Positions 18,923 through 28,717 of a stretch of 64,000 nucleotides of DNA are shown piece by piece. The DNA comes from Candidatus Latescibacterota bacterium. GTDB taxonomy: Bacteria; Krumholzibacteriota; Krumholzibacteriia; WVZY01; JAKEHA01. Numbering within the stretch: the first letter of the stretch is position 1; each line of letters starts with the position of its first letter. The DNA is taken from contig OY970173.1 in the NCBI GenBank assembly GCA_963707635.1, positions 1,952,001-2,016,000 of the forward strand, given 5' to 3'. The position numbers were made by a program, and so were the translations under genes. The notes under the pieces are model-generated. The model ran no database searches and was not told the origin of the DNA. It was given only the letters and a program-made list of their open reading frames with translations.

Positions 18923-20018
18923 GCTGGTTCGACCCGGTATCCTGGACATCGAGCGCTACGAGCCCGGAGAAGACCACCCCGGCGCGGTCAAGCTTTCCTC
19001 GAACGAGAACCCGAGGCCGCCGCATCCGAAGATCGTGCAGGCCGTGGTCGCCGCACTCCGGGAGGCCAACCGCTACCCGGAATCGGGGAGCCCGGACCTG
19101 ACGCGCGCGCTGGCGGCGCACCACCATCTCGACCCGGGCGAAATCGTGGTGGGGAACGGGTCCAACGAGATCATCGATTTGCTGGTGCGCTCGTTCGCCG
19201 GGCCGGGCGACAACGTCGTATTTCCGGTCCCGAGCTTCATCGTCTACGGGCTGATCGCGAAGATCTGCGGCTGCGATGGCGTCGGCGTCCCGTGCCGCGA
19301 CTACCGGATGGACCTTCCCGCCATGCGCGCCGCCGTGAACGACCGGACCCGGGTCGTGTTCCTGTGCAACCCGAACAACCCCACCTCGACCTACGTGGGC
19401 GCGCGCGAGGTGCGTGCGTTTCTCGACGGGTTGAGCGACGACGTGTTCGTGGTCATGGATGAAGCGTACGTCGACTATGTCGACGCGCCCGACTACCCCG
19501 ACTCGCTCGCCCTGCGCCGGGAGCGCGAGAGCCTGGTGGTGCTGCGCACCTTCTCGAAGTACTTTGCCATCGCCGGCGTGCGCGTCGGCTACGCCATCGC
19601 GGATCCGGGCGTGGTGGACGTGCTCCACCGCGTGCGCCAGCCGTTCAACGTGAGCCGCCTCGCGCAGGCCGCCGGCATGGCGGCGCTCGCGTGCGCGGAC
19701 GAGCTCAAACCGATGGCGAAGGAAACCATCGCGGAGCGCGCACGGGTGCGCGAAGCACTGCTGGCGCTCAAGCTCGTGTGCCCGCCTTCCCAGGCCAACT
19801 TCGTTTTCGTCGATCTGGGTGAATCGGACCTGGACCTCTTTACAGAGCTGGTGCGTCGTGGCGTGGTCGTGCGCCGGCTCGGCCAGTTCGGGGCGTCGCG
19901 CAACAGCTACCGCATCAGCATCGGGACGCCGGCGGAGAACGACCGCCTGCTCGACGCGCTTCGCGATATCATGCACCGCCATCCCTCCGCGGCGCCCACG
20001 CGGCTGCGATCCCCTTGA
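18909..20018 (+). CDS. hisC: Histidinol-phosphate aminotransferase
   Basis: KLSSNENP, GNGSNEII, CNPNNPT, DEAY and RTFSKYFAIAGVRVGY. Confidence 0.95.
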   Translation: MDLRRLVRPGILDIERYEPGEDHPGAVKLSSNENPRPPHPKIVQAVVAALREANRYPESGSPDLTRALAAHHHLDPGEIVVGNGSNEIIDLLVRSFAGPGDNVVFPVPSFIVYGLIAKICGCDGVGVPCRDYRMDLPAMRAAVNDRTRVVFLCNPNNPTSTYVGAREVRAFLDGLSDDVFVVMDEAYVDYVDAPDYPDSLALRRERESLVVLRTFSKYFAIAGVRVGYAIADPGVVDVLHRVRQPFNVSRLAQAAGMAALACADELKPMAKETIAERARVREALLALKLVCPPSQANFVFVDLGESDLDLFTELVRRGVVVRRLGQFGASRNSYRISIGTPAENDRLLDALRDIMHRHPSAAPTRLRSP

Positions 20019-21391
20019 AGGCTCCCCTCTCGGCAGAGCAACTGCTGCGCGGGTTCACCATCGCGATCGACGGTCCCTCGGGTTCGGGAAAAACCACGAC
20101 CGCGAGGCTGGTCGCGCGGCGCCTCGGATTTCGTCACATCGATACCGGTGCCATGTACCGCGCGGTGACGCTGGTCGCGCGCGAGCAGGGAATCGACGTG
20201 GGCGACGGCGAGCGCCTGGGCGCGCTGGCGCGGGGCCTTGCGATCGACGTTGCCGCCGCCGCCGACGGTGCCCCGGTGGTTCGGATCGCCGGGCGCGACG
20301 TCACCGCCGCGGTTCGAAGCCCCGAGGTGACGGCGGGGGTGTCGGCGGTGAGCGCCCACCGGGCGGTGCGCGCGGCGATGGTGCGCCGGCAGCGCGAACT
20401 CGCGGCCGGCGGGGGAGCCATTCTCGAGGGGCGGGACATCGGCAGCGTGGTGCTTCCGGGCGCCGACGTGAAGGTCTACCTGGACGCGTCGGTGCGCGTG
20501 CGGGCGCAGCGGAGGTGCGACGAGCTGCGCCGCGCAGGCGTGCACGAGGAGGTCGAGAACGTGGAGCGCGACCTGGCGCGCCGGGATTCGTTCGACGCGT
20601 CGCGGGAGGAAAGCCCGCTGGTGCGGCCGGTCGGTGCGTGGCGCGTCGATACCTCGCCGCTCACCATCGACGAGCAGGTCGAGCGGGTGGTGGCGCTGGC
20701 GCGGGAAGAAGCGGCGCGACGCGAGGCCTCGCTGGCGCGCCCGGTCCGCGTGGACGGCAAACGGCTCTGGTGGCGGGCGACGACCGGGCTGGTGGCGTGG
20801 GTGTACGCCATTCTCTTCGGCATGAGGGTCCGCCATTATTTTCGCGGCGAGCCGCCCGAGAACTACCTGTTCGCGTCCAACCACCGCTCCACCTCCGATC
20901 CGCCGGTGGTGGGGAGCCGGCTCTCGCGCGAGGTCTACTTCGTTGCCAAGGACTCCCTGTTCAAGAATCCGCTGTTCGGACGTCTCATCCGGTCGTACAA
21001 CGCGTTCCCGATCCGCCGCGGGGTGTTCGATCGGGAAGCGATGCAGACCGCGCTGGACCTGCTCAACCGCGGGCGCTCGGTCCTGATTTTTCCCGAGGGA
21101 GGACGCGTGCTCGGCGAGGACCTCGGGCCCGCCCGCAGCGGAGTCGCCTATCTCGCGATCAACTCCGGGGTTCCGGTCGTGCCCGTGTACGTGTCGGGGA
21201 CCGACCGCCTTCGCGACTGCCTGCTGAGGAGGTCCCGCATCCTGGTCGTGCACGGGCGCCCGATCCGGATTCCGGCCCCGCTGTGCGCGGAGTACCGGGC
21301 GGCCGACGACCGCACCGCCTACCGGCGCTACAGCGACATGGTGATGGCCGCCATCCGGGCCCTCAAGGAAGCCGCGGACGACCCGCGCTGA
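20015..21391 (+). CDS. cmk: Cytidylate kinase fused to a 1-acyl-glycerol-3-phosphate acyltransferase (PlsC-like)
   Basis: IAIDGPSGSGKTT, DTGAMYRA and EGRDIG in the N-half; NHRSTSD, FVAKDSLF, FPIRRG and IFPEGGR in the C-half; one continuous frame. Confidence 0.93.
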   Translation: MKAPLSAEQLLRGFTIAIDGPSGSGKTTTARLVARRLGFRHIDTGAMYRAVTLVAREQGIDVGDGERLGALARGLAIDVAAAADGAPVVRIAGRDVTAAVRSPEVTAGVSAVSAHRAVRAAMVRRQRELAAGGGAILEGRDIGSVVLPGADVKVYLDASVRVRAQRRCDELRRAGVHEEVENVERDLARRDSFDASREESPLVRPVGAWRVDTSPLTIDEQVERVVALAREEAARREASLARPVRVDGKRLWWRATTGLVAWVYAILFGMRVRHYFRGEPPENYLFASNHRSTSDPPVVGSRLSREVYFVAKDSLFKNPLFGRLIRSYNAFPIRRGVFDREAMQTALDLLNRGRSVLIFPEGGRVLGEDLGPARSGVAYLAINSGVPVVPVYVSGTDRLRDCLLRRSRILVVHGRPIRIPAPLCAEYRAADDRTAYRRYSDMVMAAIRALKEAADDPR

Positions 21392-21419
21392 CGCCCCGAA
21401 GTCCTTTTCCAGTTTCCGG

Positions 21420-21448
21420 TTGCAACGGCCTTGCCCAGAGGGTATTAT
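21420..21448 (+). promoter_or_regulatory. sigma70-type promoter of rpsA
   Basis: TTGCAA-N17-TATTAT, followed by SD AAGGAGG near 21476-21482. Confidence 0.8.
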
Positions 21449-21490
21449 GCACAAATCCCGTTTTTTACACGTTGCAAGGAGGAATACGGT

Positions 21491-23338
21491 TTGATGATCG
21501 ATGAATCTCGCGGCCCGGCCCGCACCGAAAATACTCAAGCGAGAGGAGGTGTGGGTCTGCGCTCGCCGGCGTACGCGCTCTTCGAGCACATGGACGCCGA
21601 AGCGGCCGCCATCGAGGCGACCGGCCGGGCGGCCGGAGCGACGCTCATTCCCGGCTACGAAGAAACGATCAGCACCTTCGAAGAAGGGCAGATCGTGCGT
21701 GGCACGGTCACGGACATTCGCGAGAACGAAGTCATCGTCGACGTCGGATTCAAGAGCGAGGGGACCATCCCCATCGCCGAGTTCCGCAACATCGATCAAC
21801 TGGCGGTTGGCAACCAGTTCGACGTCTACCTCGAGAAACTCGAGAATCAGGACGGGCTGGTGGTCCTGTCGAAGGAGAAGGCCGACTTCTTCAAAGTGTG
21901 GGGCCAGATCAAGGACGCCCACGACAACAACCAGATCGTCCAGGGTCGCGTCAAGCGCCGCATCAAGGGCGGCCTCGTGGTCGACCTGCTCGGCGTCGAT
22001 GCCTTCCTCCCCGGCAGCCAGATCGCGCTGCGCCAGGTCCCCAATCTCGACGACCTGCTCTACCAGACGCTCGACTTCAAGATCATCAAGATCAACAAGC
22101 GGCGCCGGAACATCGTGGTGTCGCGCCGTGTCGTGCTCGAAGAGAAGCGCGAGGAGCTCAAGCGCGGCCTGATGGGCGAACTGGAGCCCGGCCAGATCCG
22201 CGAGGGCGTGGTCAAGAACATCACCGACTTCGGGGCGTTCGTCGACCTGGGCGGCGTCGATGGCCTCCTGCACCTCACCGACATGACGTGGGGTCGCGTC
22301 GGCCACCCGTCCGACGTGGTGCAGATCGGCCAGAAGATCAACGTCAAGGTGCTCGACTTCGACCGCGAGAAGGAGAAGATCTCGCTGGGGTTGAAGCAGC
22401 TCACGCCGCACCCGTGGGAGGGCGTCAACGACCGCTACCCGGTGGGCACGCGCCTCAAGGGGCGCGTGGTGAGCATCACCGACTACGGCGCCTTCGTCGA
22501 GCTCGAGAAGGGCGTGGAGGGCCTGATCCACATTTCCGAGATGTCGTGGACGAAGCACGTCAAACACCCGTCGAAGATCCTGTCGGTCGGTCAGGAGATC
22601 GAGGCCGTCGTGCTCAAGGTCGACAAGGACAACCAGAAGATCTCGCTGGGGCTGAAGCAGACCGAGCCGGATCCGTGGACCACGATCGAAAGGCGTTATC
22701 CGCCGGGCACGCGCCTCAAAGGCATCGTCCGCAACCTCACCAACTTCGGCGCCTTCGTCGAAATCGAAGAGGGGATCGACGGCCTGCTGCACATCTCCGA
22801 CATGTCGTGGGCGAAACGGGTGCGCCATCCCAGCGAGGGCGTGAAGAAGGGCGACCTGGTGGACGTGGTCGTGCTCGAGATCAACCAGGACAAGAAGCGA
22901 ATCAGTCTGGGTATGAAGCAGCTCTCTGACAATCCGTGGGATCGTCTCGCCGTCGAGTTCGCGCCGGACACGGAAGTGCACGGCAAGATCACGCGCATCC
23001 TCGATCGCGGCGCGGTCGTCGAGGTTCGCCACGACGTCGAAGGCTTCGTCCCGGTCGGCCAGATGGGCATGGACGACATCGTCCACCCCGAGCAGTACTA
23101 CCAGGTGGGCGAGGAGATCCCGTTGCGGGTGATCAAGGTGGACCCGAAGAACAAGCGGATCGTGTTGAGCGTGAGCGCGTACCTGGCGACTCGCACCGAC
23201 GACGAGGTCCGGGAGTTCCTGGGACGCCACCCGAAACGGGATATCGTCATCCCGACGACGCCGTCGTCGGACGGGGACGAAATAGACGACGTCGACCTGG
23301 CGGTCGACGACGTGTCGATCGAGCCCGTGGACGAGTAG
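21491..23338 (+). CDS. rpsA: 30S ribosomal protein S1
   Basis: Six S1 repeats (VDVGFKSEG, AFLPGSQI, ITDFGAFVDLGG, GAFVELEKGVEGLIHISE). Start is TTG 21491 or ATG 21494. Confidence 0.98.
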   Translation: MMIDESRGPARTENTQARGGVGLRSPAYALFEHMDAEAAAIEATGRAAGATLIPGYEETISTFEEGQIVRGTVTDIRENEVIVDVGFKSEGTIPIAEFRNIDQLAVGNQFDVYLEKLENQDGLVVLSKEKADFFKVWGQIKDAHDNNQIVQGRVKRRIKGGLVVDLLGVDAFLPGSQIALRQVPNLDDLLYQTLDFKIIKINKRRRNIVVSRRVVLEEKREELKRGLMGELEPGQIREGVVKNITDFGAFVDLGGVDGLLHLTDMTWGRVGHPSDVVQIGQKINVKVLDFDREKEKISLGLKQLTPHPWEGVNDRYPVGTRLKGRVVSITDYGAFVELEKGVEGLIHISEMSWTKHVKHPSKILSVGQEIEAVVLKVDKDNQKISLGLKQTEPDPWTTIERRYPPGTRLKGIVRNLTNFGAFVEIEEGIDGLLHISDMSWAKRVRHPSEGVKKGDLVDVVVLEINQDKKRISLGMKQLSDNPWDRLAVEFAPDTEVHGKITRILDRGAVVEVRHDVEGFVPVGQMGMDDIVHPEQYYQVGEEIPLRVIKVDPKNKRIVLSVSAYLATRTDDEVREFLGRHPKRDIVIPTTPSSDGDEIDDVDLAVDDVSIEPVDE

Positions 23339-23365
23339 CCCCGCCCGATCCAGACGAATTCCCGA

Positions 23366-23408
23366 GGTCGGGGGCCGGTCCGGAAACCGGCCCCCGGCCT
23401 TTTTCTTT
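23366..23408 (+). terminator. Intrinsic terminator after rpsA
   Basis: GC-rich stem GGGGCCGGT-ccggaa-ACCGGCCCC, extendable, followed by TTTTTCTTT. Confidence 0.9.
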
Positions 23409-23422
23409 GGCCCGATGGCTCC

Positions 23423-23451
23423 TTGACGCTCCGGCACGCACCGTCCATCAT
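23423..23451 (+). promoter_or_regulatory. Possible sigma70-type promoter of lapAB
   Basis: TTGACG-N17-CATCAT. Confidence 0.5.
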
Positions 23452-23489
23452 GGGGCGTCAACCGACGTTTCGCTTCGAGGAGGCCCGCC

Positions 23490-23810
23490 GTGTGGTTCGT
23501 TCGTTCCGTGCTGATCCTTGCCGGCGTCATCGCGTTCCTCTGGCTCGGGATGGAAAACGCCGACCAGACGATTAATTTCACGTTCTTCACGCGCGTGTAC
23601 CCGGGGCTCAATCTCAATTTTCTTCTGCTGCTGGTGTTCGTGTCGGGCATGGTGTTCTCGTTCCTGATCTCCGTGATCAACGAACTGAATCTGCGGCGCC
23701 AGCTGTCGCAGGCGCGGCGCGAACTCACGCGCATGGATCGGGAGATTGCGGCGCTGCGGAGCCTTCCCCTGGAGGACACCGACGGGGCGAGGAGCGGTTC
23801 CAACGGCTAG
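23490..23810 (+). CDS. lapA: LPS assembly protein A (LapA/DUF1049)
   Basis: Two TM helices around ENADQTINFTF, followed by a coiled coil; directly upstream of lapB; SD GAGGAGG. Confidence 0.85.
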   Translation: MWFVRSVLILAGVIAFLWLGMENADQTINFTFFTRVYPGLNLNFLLLLVFVSGMVFSFLISVINELNLRRQLSQARRELTRMDREIAALRSLPLEDTDGARSGSNG

Positions 23811-23821
23811 CGCGAGGGATC

Positions 23822-24976
23822 ATGGATTCCGCCGTCGTGCAGTTCATCGCAGGGGCCCTGGGGGCGGTGTTGATCGTCGCCGGTGCGTGGGTCATGCGCG
23901 GGCGGCGGGAACGTCGCGTGGAGCCGGCACCGCTGCCATACGTCGAGGGGCTGCGGCTGTTGATCGACGGCCGCAAGGCGGAGGCGTTCGGGCGCCTGCA
24001 GGCGGCCGTGATCGCCGGCAACGCCCCCACCGACGCCTACATCCGCATCGGCGCCATTCTGCGCGAGCGCGGTGACGCGGCCAAGGCGCTCCAGATTCAC
24101 AAGAGCCTCACCGTCAAGTCCGACCTCACCCAGCGCGAGCGCGTCGAGGTGCTGGCGAATGTGGCCGACGACTATGTCGCGCTCGGCCACACCGAGCGCG
24201 CCCTCGAGACGGTGGACGCGGCGATGCGGCGCTCCGGTTTCCGCGACCCCACCCTGGTCGGTATCGCCGCGCGCGCGTGCCACCTGCTGGGCAGAACGGA
24301 AGAGGCCTACGAGTACCTGAAGGAGCTGCGCAAGGCGGGGGGCGTGGGCGACCGCGAGATGGCGCTGTACCTGGTCTCGGTGGCGGAAGCGGACGCGGCG
24401 AAGGGCCGCGCGCGCGACGCGCGCAAGACGCTCACGCGCGCGCTCCGTCACGATTCCGAGTGCGCGCCGGCGCTCTTGGCGCTCGGCCGGCTCGAGGAAG
24501 CGACCAACGACGTCGAGGACGCGATTCGACTCTGGCGCCAGGCGGCGCGCGTGTCGCCGGACCTCGCGCCCGCGGCGCTGCGCAGTCTGGAGCGCGTCCT
24601 CTACCAGCGCGGGACGTTCAATGAAATCGAAGCGGTCTACCGCGAGGTACTCGAGAGCCGCCCCGCCGACGAGAACGCGGCCCTGGCCCTCGCGTCTTTC
24701 TATCGCAAGCAGGGGCGGGTGGACGACGCCATCACCCTGCTCGAGGACTACCGGGTGTCCAACCCGGATTCCATCCAGGGCACAATGCTACTGACGTCCA
24801 TTTATGCGGCGCGCGGCGACACGGATGAGCTCGAGGCGCTGATGGACCGCAACGGACACGGGCTGGGCCGGAGCACACGCTATCGGTGCAGCTCGTGCGG
24901 ATGGGAAACCGACGAGATGCGCTGGCATTGTCCACGGTGCAACCGCTTTGACACGTTCCTCGGCAGTGCGCAGTAG
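23822..24976 (+). CDS. lapB: LPS assembly protein B (TPR repeats plus rubredoxin)
   Basis: N-terminal TM, YVEGLRLL, RERGDAAKALQIHKSL, and C-terminal YRCSSCG...WHCPRC. Confidence 0.88.
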   Translation: MDSAVVQFIAGALGAVLIVAGAWVMRGRRERRVEPAPLPYVEGLRLLIDGRKAEAFGRLQAAVIAGNAPTDAYIRIGAILRERGDAAKALQIHKSLTVKSDLTQRERVEVLANVADDYVALGHTERALETVDAAMRRSGFRDPTLVGIAARACHLLGRTEEAYEYLKELRKAGGVGDREMALYLVSVAEADAAKGRARDARKTLTRALRHDSECAPALLALGRLEEATNDVEDAIRLWRQAARVSPDLAPAALRSLERVLYQRGTFNEIEAVYREVLESRPADENAALALASFYRKQGRVDDAITLLEDYRVSNPDSIQGTMLLTSIYAARGDTDELEALMDRNGHGLGRSTRYRCSSCGWETDEMRWHCPRCNRFDTFLGSAQ

Positions 24977-25979
24977 CGTCGTCGCGACGCTGGTGGCGGC
25001 GCTGGCTTGGTCGGCGGCGGCCCGCGAAGACGCCGGCGACTTCATCCGGCGCGGGAAGAACGAGCTTTCTGCCGGGCGCGTGGTGGCGGCGGAGTCGAGT
25101 TTCGCGCGCGCGGCGGGGATGGCGGACGGGGACGAACGGCGGGAAGCCTGGTTCCTGCAGGCGAGCGTCGTGCGCTCCGGGGCGCAGGCCGAGGCCCTCT
25201 ATCGGCGCGTGCTCGACGAGCCGGCGGCGGACGAATGGACGCAGCGTTCCGCGATCGAGCTGGCCAAGATCCAGTTCGCGATGGGGAGGTACGAGGCCGC
25301 CCGCGCGGTGCTGCGGGAGACCGGAGCGTGCGACGCCTCGGACGAGGCGTGCCTCTTCGAGGGACTCTCGTGCGTGATGGCGCGCGACTACGAGGACGCA
25401 ATCGCGCCGCTGGAACACATCCGCAAAGGGCGGCTCAAGACGTGGGCGGCGGTCGCCCTCGCCGAGGCGAGCGAGGGGTTGGGCCGACACGAAGACGCGT
25501 GCGCGCGTTACGAGGCGCTCGCCCGCTCCCGCGTCAATCCGGCTGCGTGGTACCGCTACGCCGAGTGCGTGGAAACCTCCGGCGACGAGGAGCGCGCGCG
25601 CCGGGAGTACGAGGCGCTGCAGGACGCGTTTCCGCAGGCGCCCGAAGCGCTGCGCGCGGCGGAGAAACTGGCGGGGTCGGCCCCGGTCCCGGCGCCGGCC
25701 GACGAGGCCGCGGAAGAAACGGTGCCGACGGGGCCCGGCTACACGATCCAGTTCGGGTCCTTCGGCGACCGCGGCAATGCGATCAAACTCTATGCGAAAA
25801 TCAAACGCACCCACCCGGGAATCCGCATCGACAGCGAGCTGGTCAACCACCGCGAGGTGTTCCGGGTGCGGTTTGGTCACTACCCGACGCGCGAGGAGGC
25901 GAAGGCGACCGGCGACGCCATGGCGCGCGACCTCGGCGAGGAATTCACCGTCATGCCGGTTGCGCCGCGCGCGCCATGA
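24966..25979 (+). CDS. Exported TPR protein with C-terminal SPOR domain
   Basis: Signal peptide, TPR-like helices, YTIQFGSFGDRGNA and FRVRFGHYPTREEA. Confidence 0.85.
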   Translation: MRSSVVATLVAALAWSAAAREDAGDFIRRGKNELSAGRVVAAESSFARAAGMADGDERREAWFLQASVVRSGAQAEALYRRVLDEPAADEWTQRSAIELAKIQFAMGRYEAARAVLRETGACDASDEACLFEGLSCVMARDYEDAIAPLEHIRKGRLKTWAAVALAEASEGLGRHEDACARYEALARSRVNPAAWYRYAECVETSGDEERARREYEALQDAFPQAPEALRAAEKLAGSAPVPAPADEAAEETVPTGPGYTIQFGSFGDRGNAIKLYAKIKRTHPGIRIDSELVNHREVFRVRFGHYPTREEAKATGDAMARDLGEEFTVMPVAPRAP

Positions 25980-28591
25980 CTGACGCCACGCCGCTGATGT
26001 CCCAGTACCGGGACATCAAGAACCAGTTCGGGGATTGCATTCTCCTGTTCCGGGTCGGGGACTTCTACGAGACGTTCTTCGAGGACGCGATCGAGGTTTC
26101 CGGCCTGCTCAACATCACCCTCACCACGCGCGATCGCCACAAACCCAACCCGATCCCCCTGGCCGGCGTCCCGTTTCACGCGGCCGAGACCTACATCACC
26201 CGGCTGCTCGCCGCCGGCCGGAAGGTGGCCGTGTGCGAGCAGGTGGAAGACCCCGCGCTCGCGAAGGGGCTGGTGCGGCGCGATGTCGTGGAGGTGCTGA
26301 CCCCCGGCACCGCGCTCAACTCCGGACTCTTCGCCGACGCGGACAACAACTACTGCCTCGCGGTGCACCCGGTGAACGACGACGAAATCGCGCTGGCGCT
26401 TCTCGACGTCGGCACCGGCGAGCTGGTCAGCGGGGCCGGCACCACCGACACCTTCTTTCACCTGATCCAGGGCAAGAAAGTGCGCGAGCTGGTGATTCCG
26501 AAGTCGATCCCGGCCGGGCTGCGCGCGCTGCTCATCGAACATCTGGAGGACCCGTTCGTGACCGCGCTCGACGACGGCGCGTTCACGCCCGAGCGCGCGG
26601 GCGCCTCCATCGGGGCACAATTCGGCGAACGCGCCGCCGCCGTCGCCGCGGCCGTCGGGGCGGGCGAGCGGGTGGCGGTGGGAGCGGTGCTGGGGCACTG
26701 CATCGGCCTGCGCGGGGGCGCGCTGCCGCAGGTGGTGGGCATCGAGCGCGCGCTCGCGACACGCTTCGTGCTGCTCGACGACGAGACCATCGGAAACCTG
26801 GAGTTGTTCGAGCCGCTGCGCGGCGGGGTCGCCGCCGCGACGCTGCTGCGCACGCTCGACCGCACCGCGACCGCGATGGGGTCGCGCGAACTGCGGCACT
26901 GGATCCAGAAACCGCTGTGCGACGCGGCGGGGATCGACGAACGGCTCGACGCGGTGGCGCGCGTGTACGGCGACGCGTCGCTCGCCGAGTCGCTATCCCG
27001 GGAACTCAATGGCATCGCCGACATCCAGCGGCTGGCGGCGCGGGTCGCGGCGCGCAAGGCGATCCCGCGGGAGCTGCACGCGCTGCGCGAGTCGCTCGCG
27101 AAAGCCCCGGCTCTGGGCCGGGTCGCGGCGTCCAGCGGGTGCGTGCTGCTCGAGCGCGCTCGCTCGCTGGTGGGCGACCACTCCGAGCTGTGCGACCTCG
27201 TCGAGCGCGCCATCGTGGCCGACCCGCCGTCCCACCTGCGCGAGGGCGGCGTCATCCGCCGCGGGTTCGACGCGGAGCTGGATTCACTCATCGACGCGAG
27301 CGAAGCGGCGAAGCGATGGGTGGCGGGGCTGGAGGCGCGCGAACGCGAGCGCAGCGGCATCGCCTCGCTCAAGGTCGGGTTCAACAAGGTGTTCGGCTAT
27401 TACCTGGAGGTATCGAACGCGCACGCGAAGTCGGTTCCCGCCGACTACGTCCCCCGGCAGACGCTGACCAACGCCCAGCGCTACTACACGCCCGAGCTCA
27501 AGGAGAAGGAGGACGTGATCCTGCGCACGGAAGAGCGGCGCGTGAAGGAAGAGAATCGCGTGTACGAGGCGTTGTGCTGCGAGATCGCGTCGCGTTCCGA
27601 TTCGCTCCAGCGCGCAGCGGCGGGCATTGCCATCCTCGACGCGGTGCTCTCGCTGGCCACGGTCGCGCGCAGCAACGGGTACCGTCGCCCCGTCGTCGAC
27701 GGCACGCTCACGATCGAGATCGTGGGCGGCCGCCACCCGGTGCTGGAGCGGGTGGTATCGGAGCCGTTCGTTCCCAATGACCTCTTCCTCGACGTCGAGC
27801 GCCGCCAGTTCGCGCTGATCACCGGGCCGAACATGTCGGGCAAGAGCACGTACCTCCGCCAGACCGCGCTCATCGTGCTGATGGCTCAGATGGGGTCGTT
27901 CGTGCCCGCCGAGCGCGCGCGTATCGGCGCCGTCGACCGCATCTTCACCCGCGTCGGGGCCAGCGACCGTCTGAGCCGTGGCGAATCGACGTTCCTGGTC
28001 GAGATGAACGAGACCGCGAATATTCTCCGCCACATGACGGATCGCAGCCTCCTGATCCTGGACGAGATCGGGCGCGGGACCTCGACCTACGACGGGCTCG
28101 CGATCGCGTGGGCGGTCGCCGAGCATCTGCTGCAGGGAACGGTGGCGCGGCCGCGCACACTGTTTGCGACCCACTTCCACGAGCTGACCCAGCTGAAGAG
28201 CGCGTATCCACGCCTGGTCAACCTGAAGATCTCGATCCGCGAGTGGGCGGGCGGCATCGTGTTCCTGCGCAAGATCGTCGCCGGAACCAGCGACAAGAGT
28301 TTCGGGATTCACGCCGCGCGGGTGGCGGGAGTGCCCGCGCCGGTGATCAAACGCGCGGAAGAGATTCTCGCCTCGCTCGAGTTGCGCCGGGGGCTGGTGG
28401 CGCGGACCCTAGAACCCGACGACGCGCGCGAGCAGACGAATCTCTTCGCCGGGCCGACCGCCGCCCCGGCCGTCGGCAACGGCGACGCGTTGCGGCGGGC
28501 CCTCGACGAGTTCGACGTCGACACCACCACGCCGCTCCAGGCGCTCCAGTTCCTCAAACGCCTCAAAGAGATCGACAGCGACGGCGGGTAG
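25976..28591 (+). CDS. mutS: DNA mismatch repair protein MutS
   Basis: TPLMSQY, FRVGDFYETF, ITGPNMSGKSTY, STFLVEM, DEIGRGTST and FATHFHEL. Confidence 0.99.
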   Translation: MTDATPLMSQYRDIKNQFGDCILLFRVGDFYETFFEDAIEVSGLLNITLTTRDRHKPNPIPLAGVPFHAAETYITRLLAAGRKVAVCEQVEDPALAKGLVRRDVVEVLTPGTALNSGLFADADNNYCLAVHPVNDDEIALALLDVGTGELVSGAGTTDTFFHLIQGKKVRELVIPKSIPAGLRALLIEHLEDPFVTALDDGAFTPERAGASIGAQFGERAAAVAAAVGAGERVAVGAVLGHCIGLRGGALPQVVGIERALATRFVLLDDETIGNLELFEPLRGGVAAATLLRTLDRTATAMGSRELRHWIQKPLCDAAGIDERLDAVARVYGDASLAESLSRELNGIADIQRLAARVAARKAIPRELHALRESLAKAPALGRVAASSGCVLLERARSLVGDHSELCDLVERAIVADPPSHLREGGVIRRGFDAELDSLIDASEAAKRWVAGLEARERERSGIASLKVGFNKVFGYYLEVSNAHAKSVPADYVPRQTLTNAQRYYTPELKEKEDVILRTEERRVKEENRVYEALCCEIASRSDSLQRAAAGIAILDAVLSLATVARSNGYRRPVVDGTLTIEIVGGRHPVLERVVSEPFVPNDLFLDVERRQFALITGPNMSGKSTYLRQTALIVLMAQMGSFVPAERARIGAVDRIFTRVGASDRLSRGESTFLVEMNETANILRHMTDRSLLILDEIGRGTSTYDGLAIAWAVAEHLLQGTVARPRTLFATHFHELTQLKSAYPRLVNLKISIREWAGGIVFLRKIVAGTSDKSFGIHAARVAGVPAPVIKRAEEILASLELRRGLVARTLEPDDAREQTNLFAGPTAAPAVGNGDALRRALDEFDVDTTTPLQALQFLKRLKEIDSDGG

Positions 28592-28717
28592 CCGCCCCCT
28601 CCCGACCGACTCTCGGGCACGACAGACCGCGATGAGGAATCGTGGTCCACGAATTGCTTCTCTCCCAGCGGTTCGTGCGATGCCTGGCGACGCCTCACCT
28701 GGTGTAATGGGTGAGGC

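Noticed and set aside
21541..21553. Second strong SD (GAGAGGAGGT) inside the rpsA 5' region
   Set aside because: The in-frame GTG follows with no spacer, so it is unlikely to be a functional start.
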